DNA of 64,000 nt from a virus (taxonomy: Duplodnaviria > Heunggongvirae > Uroviricota > Caudoviricetes): IMG/VR virus record IMGVR_UViG_3300044445_000054. One strand, written 5' to 3'. Shown one piece after another: positions 27,593 through 36,568 of the stretch. The notes below the pieces were generated by a model. It was not told the DNA's origin. It worked only from the letters and a program-made list of their open reading frames with translations, and did not search any database. The stretch's first letter is position 1, and every line of letters starts with the position of its first letter. The position numbers were made by a program, and so were the translations under genes.

Positions 27593-27733
27593 AGCTGATC
27601 CCTTATGAAGCGTGCGAGGTCGCAGTCGACAGGCTCGCACTCGTGGTGGTCAGGGGACTCGCCCCGGAGCGAAAAGCGGCGCAGGTGGGAGTCAGGGATG
27701 TTGTTGCCCTGACCCCACACCTGCGGCTCCCAC

Positions 27734-28507
27734 TCAGCGTCCGGCGACGGCGGAGACGAGCGCATCGCCCTGCGTCGTGATCTGCACCTTGCCGCCGCGC
27801 GTCACCGGCTGGAAGTACGGCTGACCATCGACGACCGTGATGTCGAAGTGATGGACGACGGGAGGGTTGACGTTGCGCAGTTTGATCGCGCTGCCGGTGC
27901 CTCCTTCCGAGGCATGGAAGCGGCCTTCCTTGGTGAAGGTGTACCAGCGGTTGTCGACGCCAACGACGGAATTGCGCGAATTGGCGATCGTGATATTGCC
28001 GTCCTTGCCTTCGGCGATGACGGTCACGGGAGCCGCAGTGCCGCTGGTGTTGACGATTTCGAGCGGCTTGGTGGTGTCGATGATGGTCACGGTGATGATC
28101 TCCAAGTTCTTGAGGTACGATACAGGCGAAGGGCCGCTGGGGTTTTTGTCATCCCAATCGACGCGGGCCGACGAGATGCCGAACTCATCGACCAGACCAG
28201 TTACTGTTCCAGCCGAGTCAGGATGGTATTTCTGACCGCGGCTGGCACCTACGCTCTTGATAGCGCAGTAGTGAACGCGGTCGCCGACTTGGATCGGGCG
28301 CTCGATCAAGACGAGGTTGGTTTCGAGGACTGCTTGGGTCGCCGTCCGATTGCCGTCGTCGTACTCGATGACATAGCGGTGGCCGTCCGGCTCCGCGTAC
28401 ATACCGCTCGTGCGCAGCACCGTCGCGGGCTTGTCGTGGCGGCCGATCGTGGCCCCGACGTAGCGGACACGGTCACCTTTCCGATATTTGGGGTCGGGTA
28501 TATTCAT
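27734..28507 (-). CDS. paralog-family protein A (two KOW/SH3-like GDRVRY repeats plus a DTTKPL domain)
   Basis: KGDRVRYVG...VGDRVHYCA...IIDTTKPLEIVNTSG. Shares a domain with 29773..30396 and 32871..33473. Confidence 0.55.
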   Translation of the reverse strand: MNIPDPKYRKGDRVRYVGATIGRHDKPATVLRTSGMYAEPDGHRYVIEYDDGNRTATQAVLETNLVLIERPIQVGDRVHYCAIKSVGASRGQKYHPDSAGTVTGLVDEFGISSARVDWDDKNPSGPSPVSYLKNLEIITVTIIDTTKPLEIVNTSGTAAPVTVIAEGKDGNITIANSRNSVVGVDNRWYTFTKEGRFHASEGGTGSAIKLRNVNPPVVHHFDITVVDGQPYFQPVTRGGKVQITTQGDALVSAVAGR

Positions 28508-28698
28508 TTGAACATCTCCTTGGGGTCGACCACGCGGGCGACCTGCGGCGGGGGTGGGACTTGGGCGGCCAAGCGCATCATGTCCTGACCATTCATGGGG
28601 CGATCGAGCTGCGCCATGATGTGGTCAGGAACATGCGGCTTGGGCTGGTACAGGCTCTCGGTCATCGCACGAAAGAGGCCGTCCAACCCGCGGCTCAT
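28504..28698 (-). CDS. small hypothetical protein (64 aa)
   Basis: ATGA coupling. Confidence 0.35.
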   Translation of the reverse strand: MSRGLDGLFRAMTESLYQPKPHVPDHIMAQLDRPMNGQDMMRLAAQVPPPPQVARVVDPKEMFK

Positions 28699-28913
28699 GT
28701 GAAGTCGATGCGCGCGACCTGCGCCATCATCACCAGCGAGGGCGTCTTGCTACCACGCAGGGTGCCGAGCAGCCCGCCTTCGACCACCGCCTCGATCGTG
28801 AAATTGATGTGGCTACCGTCGGCCATCGTGATGAAGACCGTGTCGTTGCCCTTCTGCTGGGCGGCGACGAGGGCACCTGTGACGGTGCGGGCGACGAGAC
28901 TAGGACCGGACAT
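28695..28913 (-). CDS. small hypothetical protein (72 aa)
   Basis: Internal ATG MSGPSLVARTVTG... Confidence 0.35.
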   Translation of the reverse strand: MSGPSLVARTVTGALVAAQQKGNDTVFITMADGSHINFTIEAVVEGGLLGTLRGSKTPSLVMMAQVARIDFT

Positions 28914-29268
28914 GTATCTTGGCCTCCTTGGGTTTGCCGTCTTCGCAGACGAGTTCGAGGGCGAACTTGGCGGTGCCGTAGTCGTCCCACACGCCGGAGA
29001 GGCTCGACATGCCCCGGCCGTATGGCTCGGCACCGCCTCCGCCGTGGGTGCGCAGCGGGTAGAAGCCGCTGCTGGTCACGACTTCGTTGACGAGGATGGG
29101 ACGCATGGTGTCACTCTCGCGCCCGCGCTCCCGGCCGTTGTCGGTCCGAAATCGCATGATCTCGTTCTCGACTTCGACCAAGAGGTCGCCGTTGCTCGTG
29201 ACTCCGACCTTCCTGACGATACGCATATCCGGCATGCGGAAGCGTACCGGCTTGGAAGCGTCGATCAC
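28900..29268 (-). CDS. hypothetical protein (122 aa)
   Basis: GTG start with AAGGAGGA SD. GTGA overlap with the 42-aa gene. Confidence 0.4.
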   Translation of the reverse strand: MIDASKPVRFRMPDMRIVRKVGVTSNGDLLVEVENEIMRFRTDNGRERGRESDTMRPILVNEVVTSSGFYPLRTHGGGGAEPYGRGMSSLSGVWDDYGTAKFALELVCEDGKPKEAKIHVRS

Positions 29269-29393
29269 TTCGCGTCCTCCTTCACCTTCGGGGCACCCGC
29301 CTTGGCACGGCCATTGACGAGGCTCGGCTCGACGCGCTTGCCGAAGTCCTGATGGGCGGCGGTGACGGACGTGCGGTACGGGGAAACGATCAT
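29265..29393 (-). CDS. very small ORF (42 aa)
   Basis: Strong AAGGAGAA SD before ATG (MIVSPYRTSV...). Confidence 0.3.
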   Translation of the reverse strand: MIVSPYRTSVTAAHQDFGKRVEPSLVNGRAKAGAPKVKEDAK

Positions 29394-29410
29394 GGTAGTT
29401 CTCCTTGTGA

Positions 29411-29776
29411 TTACCGGTCGTAGACCAGTTCCTTGGCAAGCACGACGAGCAGGCGTCGCGCGGTGGCGTAGTCGGTGGCGTAGACCTCGCCGCGGTGGCT
29501 GCGGTTCCACGCCTGCGTGGCGGTCGGGCTTTCGACGGCGATCTTCCACGTCCCCGAGGCCTCGTTATACATCCGCACGAAGCCGCGCAGGCGGTAGCTG
29601 CCGGGCGGATACAGCGTCGTGGTGCCCATCATGTTGCCCGGCCCCAGCAGGACCAGCTCCCACTGGCCCTTGCCGGGGTTCTTCATGGCACGCGTCGCCT
29701 GGGCCAGCCACAGGTCGTTCGTGCCGGGGATGCGCTCGACTTCCTTGAGCACGCGACCTGTGACTGTCGGGGTCAC
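29411..29776 (-). CDS. hypothetical protein (121 aa)
   Basis: ATGA coupling with paralog B. Confidence 0.45.
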   Translation of the reverse strand: MTPTVTGRVLKEVERIPGTNDLWLAQATRAMKNPGKGQWELVLLGPGNMMGTTTLYPPGSYRLRGFVRMYNEASGTWKIAVESPTATQAWNRSHRGEVYATDYATARRLLVVLAKELVYDR

Positions 29777-30396
29777 GAGACGATCGCCTCACCCTCGCAG
29801 TTGCTGACGCCGAGCTTGACGACACGCGCCTTGTCGGTGTTCGAGCGAACCAGCTTGGCGTCGACGATGATGCCGTCGCGGTAGGTCAGCTCGATGTCGG
29901 CGATCGCCGTGCCGCCCGTTGGTCCCTTGTGGTAGCTCGGGTGACCGAACCCGACGTTGCTCGCAGGCACGCGCAGGTGCAGCTTGGTCTCGACCACCTT
30001 GTTCGACAGGACGATACCAGAGCCGTGCCGCGGGTCGGGCTGGTGGCTGCGCACGAACTTGCCCTGTTTGTCGAACATGTACCAGCCGCTGACAAAGCTG
30101 TTCGGGCCTGACAGGTCCACGAGAATGTGACCCTCGCTGGTCTCAGTGATGAACGTCACGTCGAGCGGGCCGGTGCTGTTGACCGCGGTCAACGGCTTGG
30201 TGGTGTCGATGGTCTTGGTCATTTCGATCAGCTCCAGATTATAGGTGTTGGGGTACGAGGGCGGGCCACGGCGGTCCCAAAGGACTTCGCAAATGACTCC
30301 GCCAAACTGCTTGAGCGTGCCCTCCGCGCCGACATGGTCGAGCATCGCGTCCCGGCCGCCGATCTTGTACCGGACGCGGTCACCCTGCTTGAACAT
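29773..30396 (-). CDS. paralog-family protein B (one GDRVRY repeat plus a DTTKPL domain)
   Basis: MFKQGDRVRYKIGG...IDTTKPLTAVNSTGPLDVTFI. AAGGAGAAG SD. Confidence 0.55.
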   Translation of the reverse strand: MFKQGDRVRYKIGGRDAMLDHVGAEGTLKQFGGVICEVLWDRRGPPSYPNTYNLELIEMTKTIDTTKPLTAVNSTGPLDVTFITETSEGHILVDLSGPNSFVSGWYMFDKQGKFVRSHQPDPRHGSGIVLSNKVVETKLHLRVPASNVGFGHPSYHKGPTGGTAIADIELTYRDGIIVDAKLVRSNTDKARVVKLGVSNCEGEAIVS

Positions 30397-30676
30397 GGTA
30401 CTTCTCCTTGAGGGTGGCGACCAACCCGCGCAGAATGTCCGTGCAGCCGTCGTCGTAGAGGTCTTGCAGGCGTTCCATGTCGTCCTGCTGCTCGGTGGGC
30501 ACCTCGACACGCAGGCAGGCGTCACCGCGCATCAGGTGGGCAATACTTTTGGTATCGCCACCCGCGGCGGCCAGCGCCGTCCGTTGGTCGGGCGTCATCA
30601 TCAGGCCCACCACGCAGGGCGTGGTGTACTTGCAAGTCTGGCCGTCAGCGGAGGCCTCGACGTCGTCGGGGATCAT
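30380..30676 (-). CDS. hypothetical protein (start uncertain)
   Basis: ORF 30380..30808; internal ATG chosen. Confidence 0.3.
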   Translation of the reverse strand: MIPDDVEASADGQTCKYTTPCVVGLMMTPDQRTALAAAGGDTKSIAHLMRGDACLRVEVPTEQQDDMERLQDLYDDGCTDILRGLVATLKEKYHVQAG

Positions 30677-30825
30677 CTGGAGACCGGTGCGCAGGTCAAG
30701 CGATATGGTGTCGGCCACGTTGGGCGAGTCCTTTGATGAGGGCGGCGACGGACATGCGAATGCCCGCCGTGCCGGTTGCTGCCGAAACCCGAACATGATC
30801 CGGGTCAACTGCTCGGACGTACAGC

Positions 30826-31359
30826 TTAGATGGCATGATACGTATCCGGGTCGTTCGAGTCGAAGCTGTCGGGGATGCCGAACGCGTCGTAGTATTCGAG
30901 GCGGCGCGCGGCACCCTGCGGTGTGTTATCGACTGCCGACCAGTCGCCGCCGAACAGGAAGTAGAAGGCCTCGTCGCCGTTCGGCGTGAGCGGGGACAGG
31001 AACACCCGGTTGCGATACTTCCACCAGTTGATGTCGCCATCCTCGTTGAAGTCGCTATCGACCGCGAGGAAGCCTGCCGACGGGCCGTGCCCGACGGCGC
31101 ATGCGACCGCACCGCACTTGGCAACGCCGCCGTTCTCGCGGGCGTACTGGTTGGCGATCGCCGCGGCTTCCTCCACCGCTTGGTTCAGGGCGCAGTATTC
31201 GACCTCGCTGGCGCGATACTTCAGGCGAGTCTCGATGACCGACAAGCTCTGAAAGAAATCCTGCATTTCGAAGCCCTGATAGTCGGGCGGCAGGTTGCCC
31301 AAGTAAGCGGCAAGCACTTGGCGGTTGTCGCGCTGTTGTTCGAGAGTATAAACGGTCAT
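30826..31359 (-). CDS. hypothetical acidic protein (177 aa)
   Basis: Good composition. Confidence 0.5.
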   Translation of the reverse strand: MTVYTLEQQRDNRQVLAAYLGNLPPDYQGFEMQDFFQSLSVIETRLKYRASEVEYCALNQAVEEAAAIANQYARENGGVAKCGAVACAVGHGPSAGFLAVDSDFNEDGDINWWKYRNRVFLSPLTPNGDEAFYFLFGGDWSAVDNTPQGAARRLEYYDAFGIPDSFDSNDPDTYHAI

Positions 31360-31415
31360 GTTACTTCTCCACTAGCGAGTGACCAAGTGGTGCCGAAGCA
31401 CCACTTGGGTAGTCG

Positions 31416-32255
31416 TTATTGGGGAATAGTGACGCAGGGCGTATCGCTGTTGCAGTACACAGTGTTGGGCAGCTTGCCGTCCCACTTGCGCATGTATTCG
31501 GACTGGTAGCCCGGATTTTGGGCGACGACCGCGTTGCGCAGGCGAGTTGCCTCGGCTTGGCCGCGCGCCTTCTCGATCTGGGCATCGGCAGCGGCCTTGG
31601 CCTCGGCCACCTGTGCCTGTCCCTCGGCCTCGGCGGTCAGCACGCGGGCCTTGGCTGCGATCGCGGCCTGCTCGGTCTGGGCACGGGCGTTGATGCGCTC
31701 GGTGATCGCCTCGGGGATGCGGATCGGGCCAGCCCAATCGAGCTGCTCGATGATGAGGCCACGCGGCGCGAAGTAGGCGGCGACCTTGCGCTGGGCCTGC
31801 TGGATTAGCGCGGCCTTGCGCTTGCCGTAGATGTCCTCGACCGACATGGTGGAGGCGACCGACACGATCGCGGCCTTGACGCGGTCACGCACCGGGCCGG
31901 ACACGATGGTGTCCATCTCGCCACGGTACGTCTGGAACAGGATCGGGGCCTTGTTCGGGTCGGCGCGGTAGGCGACGTTGACGTCGGCCGACACGATCAG
32001 GCCGTTCACGTCTTGGAACGTGATCGACTCGTCACGCTCTTCCGACTTCTGCCACGAATAGCGGTTCGTGTAGGTCGGGTAGGAGTAGATGTCGGAGCCG
32101 AACTGGAACCAGTAAGTGCCCACGCCCAGCGGCTTGGCCTGCACGCCTGCGCTGGAGCCGTAGTTGTTGACCTTGACGCCGATGTTGCCCGACGAAATGC
32201 GGTCGCAGGCCGCGAGCGATAGGCCAGCGATGAGGATGGCGAGGAGTTTCTTCAC
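31416..32255 (-). CDS. SPFH/band-7 family lipoprotein
   Basis: GTG start with AAGGAAAT SD. Lipobox signal VKKLLAILIAGLSLAAC. SPFH core followed by an Ala/Glu/Gln-rich coiled coil, AEAEGQAQVAEAKAAADAQIEKARGQAEA. Confidence 0.65.
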   Translation of the reverse strand: MKKLLAILIAGLSLAACDRISSGNIGVKVNNYGSSAGVQAKPLGVGTYWFQFGSDIYSYPTYTNRYSWQKSEERDESITFQDVNGLIVSADVNVAYRADPNKAPILFQTYRGEMDTIVSGPVRDRVKAAIVSVASTMSVEDIYGKRKAALIQQAQRKVAAYFAPRGLIIEQLDWAGPIRIPEAITERINARAQTEQAAIAAKARVLTAEAEGQAQVAEAKAAADAQIEKARGQAEATRLRNAVVAQNPGYQSEYMRKWDGKLPNTVYCNSDTPCVTIPQ

Positions 32256-32434
32256 GGGATTTCCTTCTTCACGAATGTGTAGAGAGCGTGTGAGCCGTAG
32301 AGCGTCGCAGCCGCGATGAGCAGCGCGAGGACCAAGGCACCGTCGTTCTGGAGGTTGACGAGACCGGGGATGACCACCCGGACGATCAGGATGATCGCAA
32401 CCAGCCACGCGAGGAAGATGTAGAAGCGAGTCAT
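32252..32434 (-). CDS. small membrane protein (60 aa, 2 TM) coupled to the SPFH gene
   Basis: MTRFYIFLAWLVAIILIVRVVIPG...LVLALLIAAATLYG. GTGA overlap. Confidence 0.4.
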   Translation of the reverse strand: MTRFYIFLAWLVAIILIVRVVIPGLVNLQNDGALVLALLIAAATLYGSHALYTFVKKEIP

Positions 32435-32646
32435 TCTGATCTCCGGTGTGGGTAGGGCAAGTGGGCGGATTAGGCCCGAGGTCATGATTGCCTCCTGTGT
32501 TGTGCCCGCCAATTCTGGTGGTACGGGCGCACCGAATGCTTATGCAGCTAGGGCGGGTCTTACACCTTGCGGATGCCCAGTTCTATATGTTGTCGGCAGA
32601 GAGTACAGGGTAGTTTGCTACGTGTCGGGAATTGGCCCGGTCTGGG

Positions 32647-32883
32647 TCATGCGAAGAGGCTCCAGATGAAGTTGACGAACGCGCCGATGCCGTACACCGC
32701 GCCGAAGAAGATGCCGAGGACGAGCATCGTGATGCCAAGGCCCTTCAGCTCGTCGGTGAAGGCACGCCACACATAACGTGCCCCGCGCTTGCGGAAAGTG
32801 GTGATGACGGCCCACAGCATGAGGGCGGCGAGCGCGATGCAGAGGATCACGATCCCCATCTGCATGTTGCTCACTTGATCCAC
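32647..32883 (-). CDS. small 2-TM membrane protein (78 aa), holin-like topology
   Basis: MQMGIVILCIALAALMLWAVI...GITMLVLGIFFGAVYGIGAF. Confidence 0.45.
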   Translation of the reverse strand: MDQVSNMQMGIVILCIALAALMLWAVITTFRKRGARYVWRAFTDELKGLGITMLVLGIFFGAVYGIGAFVNFIWSLFA

Positions 32884-33473
32884 TCCACGCCGGTCAGCAC
32901 GCCGTCGGTGAGGGTCAGGTCGAGGTTGATGATGTTATCACCCCATTTGGCCACTGCGCCCGCCTTGCTGATCTCGGGAGCGTTCACCCACTCGCCCAGC
33001 GTCCCCCGGCCAAAGCCGGGCCGGATGCGGCCGGTGGATGCCAGCACCTCGAACACGATGAGGGTGCGGTCGTTGCGCAGGTGGAGGACGGGTTCGGAGC
33101 CGTCGGTGGGCGTGAACGTGCCGACGTGCGTGTAGCTGTCGTCACCGCCCTTGGTCGTGATCGGCTTGGTCACGTCGAGGACGATGCGCGGCACGAGCTG
33201 GCCCCACTGCGACAGGCCGTCCTCGCGCAGCGTGGTGCTGGCGATCTCGTTGTTCAGGTATGCCTTGCGGAGGTCATAGCCGAACCGCTCCGCGTTCTCG
33301 AAGCCACCGTTCCAGCCGGTGATGCCTCTGGCGCGCTTGGCGAACACGTAGAACTCACCCATGCCGTCGCAGTGGAAGGCGATGGGGCGCGGCCCGAACC
33401 CGACGATCTCGACTTCGGGGCGGCCCTCGATCATGACGTCGGCAGGCTTGGTGTCGGGGGTGATCTTAATCAT
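32871..33473 (-). CDS. paralog-family protein C (DVTKPI domain)
   Basis: RIVLDVTKPITTKGGDDSYTHVGTF aligns with the DTTKPL blocks of 27734..28507 and 29773..30396. Confidence 0.5.
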   Translation of the reverse strand: MIKITPDTKPADVMIEGRPEVEIVGFGPRPIAFHCDGMGEFYVFAKRARGITGWNGGFENAERFGYDLRKAYLNNEIASTTLREDGLSQWGQLVPRIVLDVTKPITTKGGDDSYTHVGTFTPTDGSEPVLHLRNDRTLIVFEVLASTGRIRPGFGRGTLGEWVNAPEISKAGAVAKWGDNIINLDLTLTDGVLTGVEWIK

Positions 33474-33687
33474 GCCGATGGTTCCTCTTCTGGCGCTTGC
33501 GGTCGGGGCGCGGGTTGCGGCCGAAATAGCGCTGCACGCGCTTGTGCAAACGGTCGTATCCGGCCTGCACGTCGTCCCACGTCGTGACGTGGCCGCTCCA
33601 GCGCATCAGCGCGAAGCGGTGGTCAGGGGCGATGTCCTGCTCGGCGAAGTAGCCGTAGCGGCGGTCGTAGCAGAAGGGCTTGGACAT
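33466..33687 (-). CDS. small basic protein (73 aa)
   Basis: ORF; weak SD. Confidence 0.35.
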   Translation of the reverse strand: MSKPFCYDRRYGYFAEQDIAPDHRFALMRWSGHVTTWDDVQAGYDRLHKRVQRYFGRNPRPDRKRQKRNHRHD

Positions 33688-33851
33688 CAGCCGAACACCG
33701 ACTTGAAGGCGGTGGTGACTGCCGTTGCGTTGCTGACCGGACCGCCTTGCGCGAGCGCGGCGGCGTAGATGGTGGCGTAGGCCTGGAGGCGGGTGGCCTC
33801 GGCCAGCTTCTCCTGCGCGTTGGCAAGGCGGATCACGTCGGAACTGGTCAT
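33687..33851 (-). CDS. small hypothetical protein (54 aa)
   Basis: Internal ATG MTSSDVIRLANAQEKL... Confidence 0.3.
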   Translation of the reverse strand: MTSSDVIRLANAQEKLAEATRLQAYATIYAAALAQGGPVSNATAVTTAFKSVFG

Positions 33852-34084
33852 CGGTCGCTCTCCCATGTCGTTGCGATCCCGGCCAGCGGCACCCCGGCGA
33901 TCTTGGAGGGCATCCACCAGTAGGTGCCCGGCTTACGATCGTGCTCGAAGGTGTGCCACTTGCCCTCGAACTTCACCTGAAACAGGCTGTGGTCGTTGGG
34001 GTGGCGGCGCGTCGGGATGTCGATGCAGGTGAAGGGCGGGGACGCGCCGAGCTGGAGGACGGCGCTGGTCAGCTGGAGCCTCAT
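33848..34084 (-). CDS. small hypothetical protein (78 aa)
   Basis: ATGA coupling. Confidence 0.4.
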   Translation of the reverse strand: MRLQLTSAVLQLGASPPFTCIDIPTRRHPNDHSLFQVKFEGKWHTFEHDRKPGTYWWMPSKIAGVPLAGIATTWESDR

Positions 34085-34221
34085 GCCACGATCGTCCAGA
34101 AGCTGCCGCGACGCTCACGAGGGGTCAGGGCCAGCCACTGTGCGCGGCGGATGTGATAATTCGAGTGCGTCATGGTTCTTCTCCGATGGAGGCGAGCGGG
34201 TTCGCTCTATGTTCTCTTTCC

Positions 34222-34338
34222 AACTCTCATTTTTACAGTGTAGTCTCTATATAATTTTTTTATGACTGCTTCTTAAAAGATATAGAAAAAGAAAATAAAA
34301 GAGAAGGGACTACACTGTAAAAATGGGAGTTATGACTG
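34222..34338 (-). promoter_or_regulatory. AT-rich conserved element, copy 2: two inverted half-sites, CATTTTTACAGTGTAG (34228..34243) and CTACACTGTAAAAATG (34310..34325), around a 66-bp AT-rich core
   Basis: Same TTYTAC-AGN-GTAR core as the other copies. The core contains TCATAAAAAAATTATATAGAGA in minus sense. Lies between the HTH gene and the downstream small-gene operon. Confidence 0.5.
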
Positions 34339-34353
34339 CCCTTAGAATGGACC

Positions 34354-34821
34354 TCACCCGACCGCGAGAAGCGCGGTATTCCGCCATTTCTGGCGCAGGT
34401 CACGCCTGCCGGTGCACATCACGACCACCTGATCGCGGGTCAAACCGAGCGCTTTGGCGATCTTGGGCTGGCTCATGCCCGCATCCCGCATATCGAGCAC
34501 CGCGAGCCGCACAATCGGTGGCACCCAGCCCTGCTTCCAGCCGCCGTCCTGCATGGCGCGAAGCACGGCCAAACCATCCTCGCGGGTCGGTTCGGCCACG
34601 TTCTGTTCCACCATCGCCTGAACGTGGCCGAAGCCCTTGAGGTGGTCGCGCAGCCGCTCGTAATGGCGCTTCGCGTTGGGCACCCATCCAAAGACGTGGC
34701 GCGCGGCGGGCCAACCGATGGTCTCCACGAACGCGACCAACTCGCAGGCGTCGGCGTAGTCCAGGCGGGTGACGGGAATATACTTCGCCACCCTCCTGAA
34801 CTTCTGGGAGCTATACCGCAT
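34354..34821 (-). CDS. HTH-domain protein (possible transcription regulator or sigma-region-4-like; start uncertain, 34821/34857/34875)
   Basis: C-terminal HTH MSQPKIAKALGLTRDQVVVM. Immediately upstream of AT-rich element copy 2. Confidence 0.45.
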   Translation of the reverse strand: MRYSSQKFRRVAKYIPVTRLDYADACELVAFVETIGWPAARHVFGWVPNAKRHYERLRDHLKGFGHVQAMVEQNVAEPTREDGLAVLRAMQDGGWKQGWVPPIVRLAVLDMRDAGMSQPKIAKALGLTRDQVVVMCTGRRDLRQKWRNTALLAVG

Positions 34822-35041
34822 CTCCGCGGGCAAAAGGGCGTCCATCGTGTACCGCATAGAGCACGACCCTACCATCGTCCTCCTCGTGCGGGTAGGTGTT
34901 AAACCACGCATCCGCATAGGCCTGGCGGGCCTTGGCGTTCCGCAACTCGCGAGCCGCGGGCGTCTTGTCGCGGATGGAGAACGCGACCCCGATGCACAGG
35001 GCGATGACTCCGAGCACGCCCAGCACGTACAGCGCGCCCAT
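34811..35041 (-). CDS. small membrane protein (76 aa)
   Basis: N-terminal TM segment VLGVLGVIALCIGVAFSI. Confidence 0.35.
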   Translation of the reverse strand: MGALYVLGVLGVIALCIGVAFSIRDKTPAARELRNAKARQAYADAWFNTYPHEEDDGRVVLYAVHDGRPFARGDAV

Positions 35042-35181
35042 TACGCGGGCACCACGGTGTAGTGCTCACCCGAGTTGACCTCGGCGACCAGCGCGTTGGC
35101 CAGCGCGTCGCGCAGGCGGGTGAAGCCCGCGCCCACCGGGCACGCCCGGTCCACATTCCACACGATCCACTTGATCTTCAT
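35041..35181 (-). CDS. very small ORF (~46 aa), not in the ORF track
   Basis: MKIKWIVWNVDRACPVGAGFTRLRDALANALVAEVNSGEHYTVVPA. GGAGTGA SD. TAATG coupling. A CTTAAATGTTTAAG box lies just upstream. Confidence 0.3.
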   Translation of the reverse strand: MKIKWIVWNVDRACPVGAGFTRLRDALANALVAEVNSGEHYTVVPA

Positions 35182-35194
35182 GATCTTCACTCCG

Positions 35195-35208
35195 CTTAAA
35201 TGTTTAAG
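35195..35208. promoter_or_regulatory. palindromic box CTTAAATGTTTAAG (copy 1 of 4), approximate
   Basis: Perfect 6+2+6 palindrome about 15 nt upstream of a minus-strand gene start. Confidence 0.45.
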
Positions 35209-35211
35209 TCG

Positions 35212-35676
35212 TTATCGGATCGACCGATAGGCACGCATGGCGTCCGTCATGTTATACAACGGACCCTTCATGACCATGCCATAGCTCGCGAGCCGCGCCG
35301 CCTCGCGCAGCAGGCACTCGTTTCGACGCTCCGCGTGGTCCGCGGCGACGCGCGGCGCACCCGGCTCGATCGGCGCTGGCCGCACATACGGCAGCGGCTG
35401 CGCGGGCAGAAACTTGTTGGGGCGGTGGAAACGCTCGACCGCGTGGCCGTAGCGTAGGGCCGAGTTGATGCGCTCGCGCTGGCCGTCGGACAGCTTGGGC
35501 CGGTCCCGAAGGGGCGTGACGGCCGGGCGCTCCCGCGCAATCCGCTTCAGGTGCGCCTTGGACGGCGGCTGAAACTCGCGAACCGCCCGCAAATCGAACA
35601 CATCATCGGGCACGATCGGCTTCGCGTGATCCCGCAAATACGCCCATTGCTCGTGGAATTGTTCCGACTGGCCCAT
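35212..35676 (-). CDS. hypothetical protein (154 aa)
   Basis: Protein-like composition. Its start is preceded by box copy 2. Confidence 0.5.
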   Translation of the reverse strand: MGQSEQFHEQWAYLRDHAKPIVPDDVFDLRAVREFQPPSKAHLKRIARERPAVTPLRDRPKLSDGQRERINSALRYGHAVERFHRPNKFLPAQPLPYVRPAPIEPGAPRVAADHAERRNECLLREAARLASYGMVMKGPLYNMTDAMRAYRSIR

Positions 35677-35684
35677 GCCAACCC

Positions 35685-35698
35685 CTTAAATGTTTAAG
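35685..35698. promoter_or_regulatory. palindromic box CTTAAATGTTTAAG (copy 2)
   Basis: About 10 nt upstream of the ATG at 35676. Confidence 0.45.
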
Positions 35699-35788
35699 TC
35701 CGAAACCAGCTGCGCTAGGCGCAAGGCTACAGCGTCCGCCACGTAGGTGGCGGGCGGTGTAGCCGCCGCCCCGTAGGGCGGCGACTGG

Positions 35789-35802
35789 CTTAAATGTTTA
35801 AG
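35789..35802. promoter_or_regulatory. palindromic box CTTAAATGTTTAAG (copy 3; overlaps the stop of 35798..36529)
   Basis: Identical 14-mer. Confidence 0.45.
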
Positions 35803-36529
35803 CGTTGACGGCGACCGGGGCGGCTTCCATCGCCGCGTTGATGCGATCATCGAACGATGCGGTGACGGCGGCGAAGTCATCATAAACGCCGCTCAATTCG
35901 TCATCGCTGGCGGCGTCGATTGCCAGCATCAAGGCGGCCAGCATATCGGCCAGCGACGTAGCGGGCGGCGTAGCATCCGCCTCCGGCGCGGGATTGGATG
36001 CATCCAGCTTGGTAGCTTCCGCCTCCAGCTTGGCCGCCGCGGCGGCTTCCTCTGCTGCAATGCGGGCCGCCTCCTTAGCGGCGGCTTTCTTGGCGTCGGC
36101 CGCCGCCTTACGGATCAACCCGGCACGGTAATGGATGGAAGAGACACCGGCACGAATGTCCCGCTTGTCATCATCCGACAACGCATCGAACGTTTCAGCG
36201 ACAAGGCGAGCGTTCGAGAAGTAAACTTCCATGCGGCTCTTGGCTTTCTTGCCCGCGTCGGTGGTGGCCAGCGACGGCCAACCCGCCGCCATCTTGCTAT
36301 CGCCAATCAACGCATCCAGCGTCAGCGGCTTGGTATCGTCCGCCGGATAGGCCAGCGTAAACACGTTGGCCCCCCATGCCTTAGCCGTATCGGCCAGCTT
36401 GCCCTCGACTTCGATGACAGTCGAGACAAGCGACGCGGCGCTTGCCAGCATCATGCTACGTGCATCCGGGGCGGCGGCGTCGATCGTGAGAGCGTCGGTG
36501 GCGTTGATGTCGATGATGGAAACAGTCAT
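35798..36529 (-). CDS. hypothetical acidic/Ala-rich protein (243 aa)
   Basis: AAAGGAAC SD. Coiled-coil-like middle region. Confidence 0.5.
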   Translation of the reverse strand: MTVSIIDINATDALTIDAAAPDARSMMLASAASLVSTVIEVEGKLADTAKAWGANVFTLAYPADDTKPLTLDALIGDSKMAAGWPSLATTDAGKKAKSRMEVYFSNARLVAETFDALSDDDKRDIRAGVSSIHYRAGLIRKAAADAKKAAAKEAARIAAEEAAAAAKLEAEATKLDASNPAPEADATPPATSLADMLAALMLAIDAASDDELSGVYDDFAAVTASFDDRINAAMEAAPVAVNA

Positions 36530-36568
36530 GGTAGGTTCCTTTGGTTATGCCCGCTTGGGCGAAAGTGA

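Noticed and set aside
34323-34640. 105-aa plus ORF starting inside AT-rich element copy 2
   Set aside because: Overlaps the well-supported minus-strand HTH gene. Its start lies in the palindrome.
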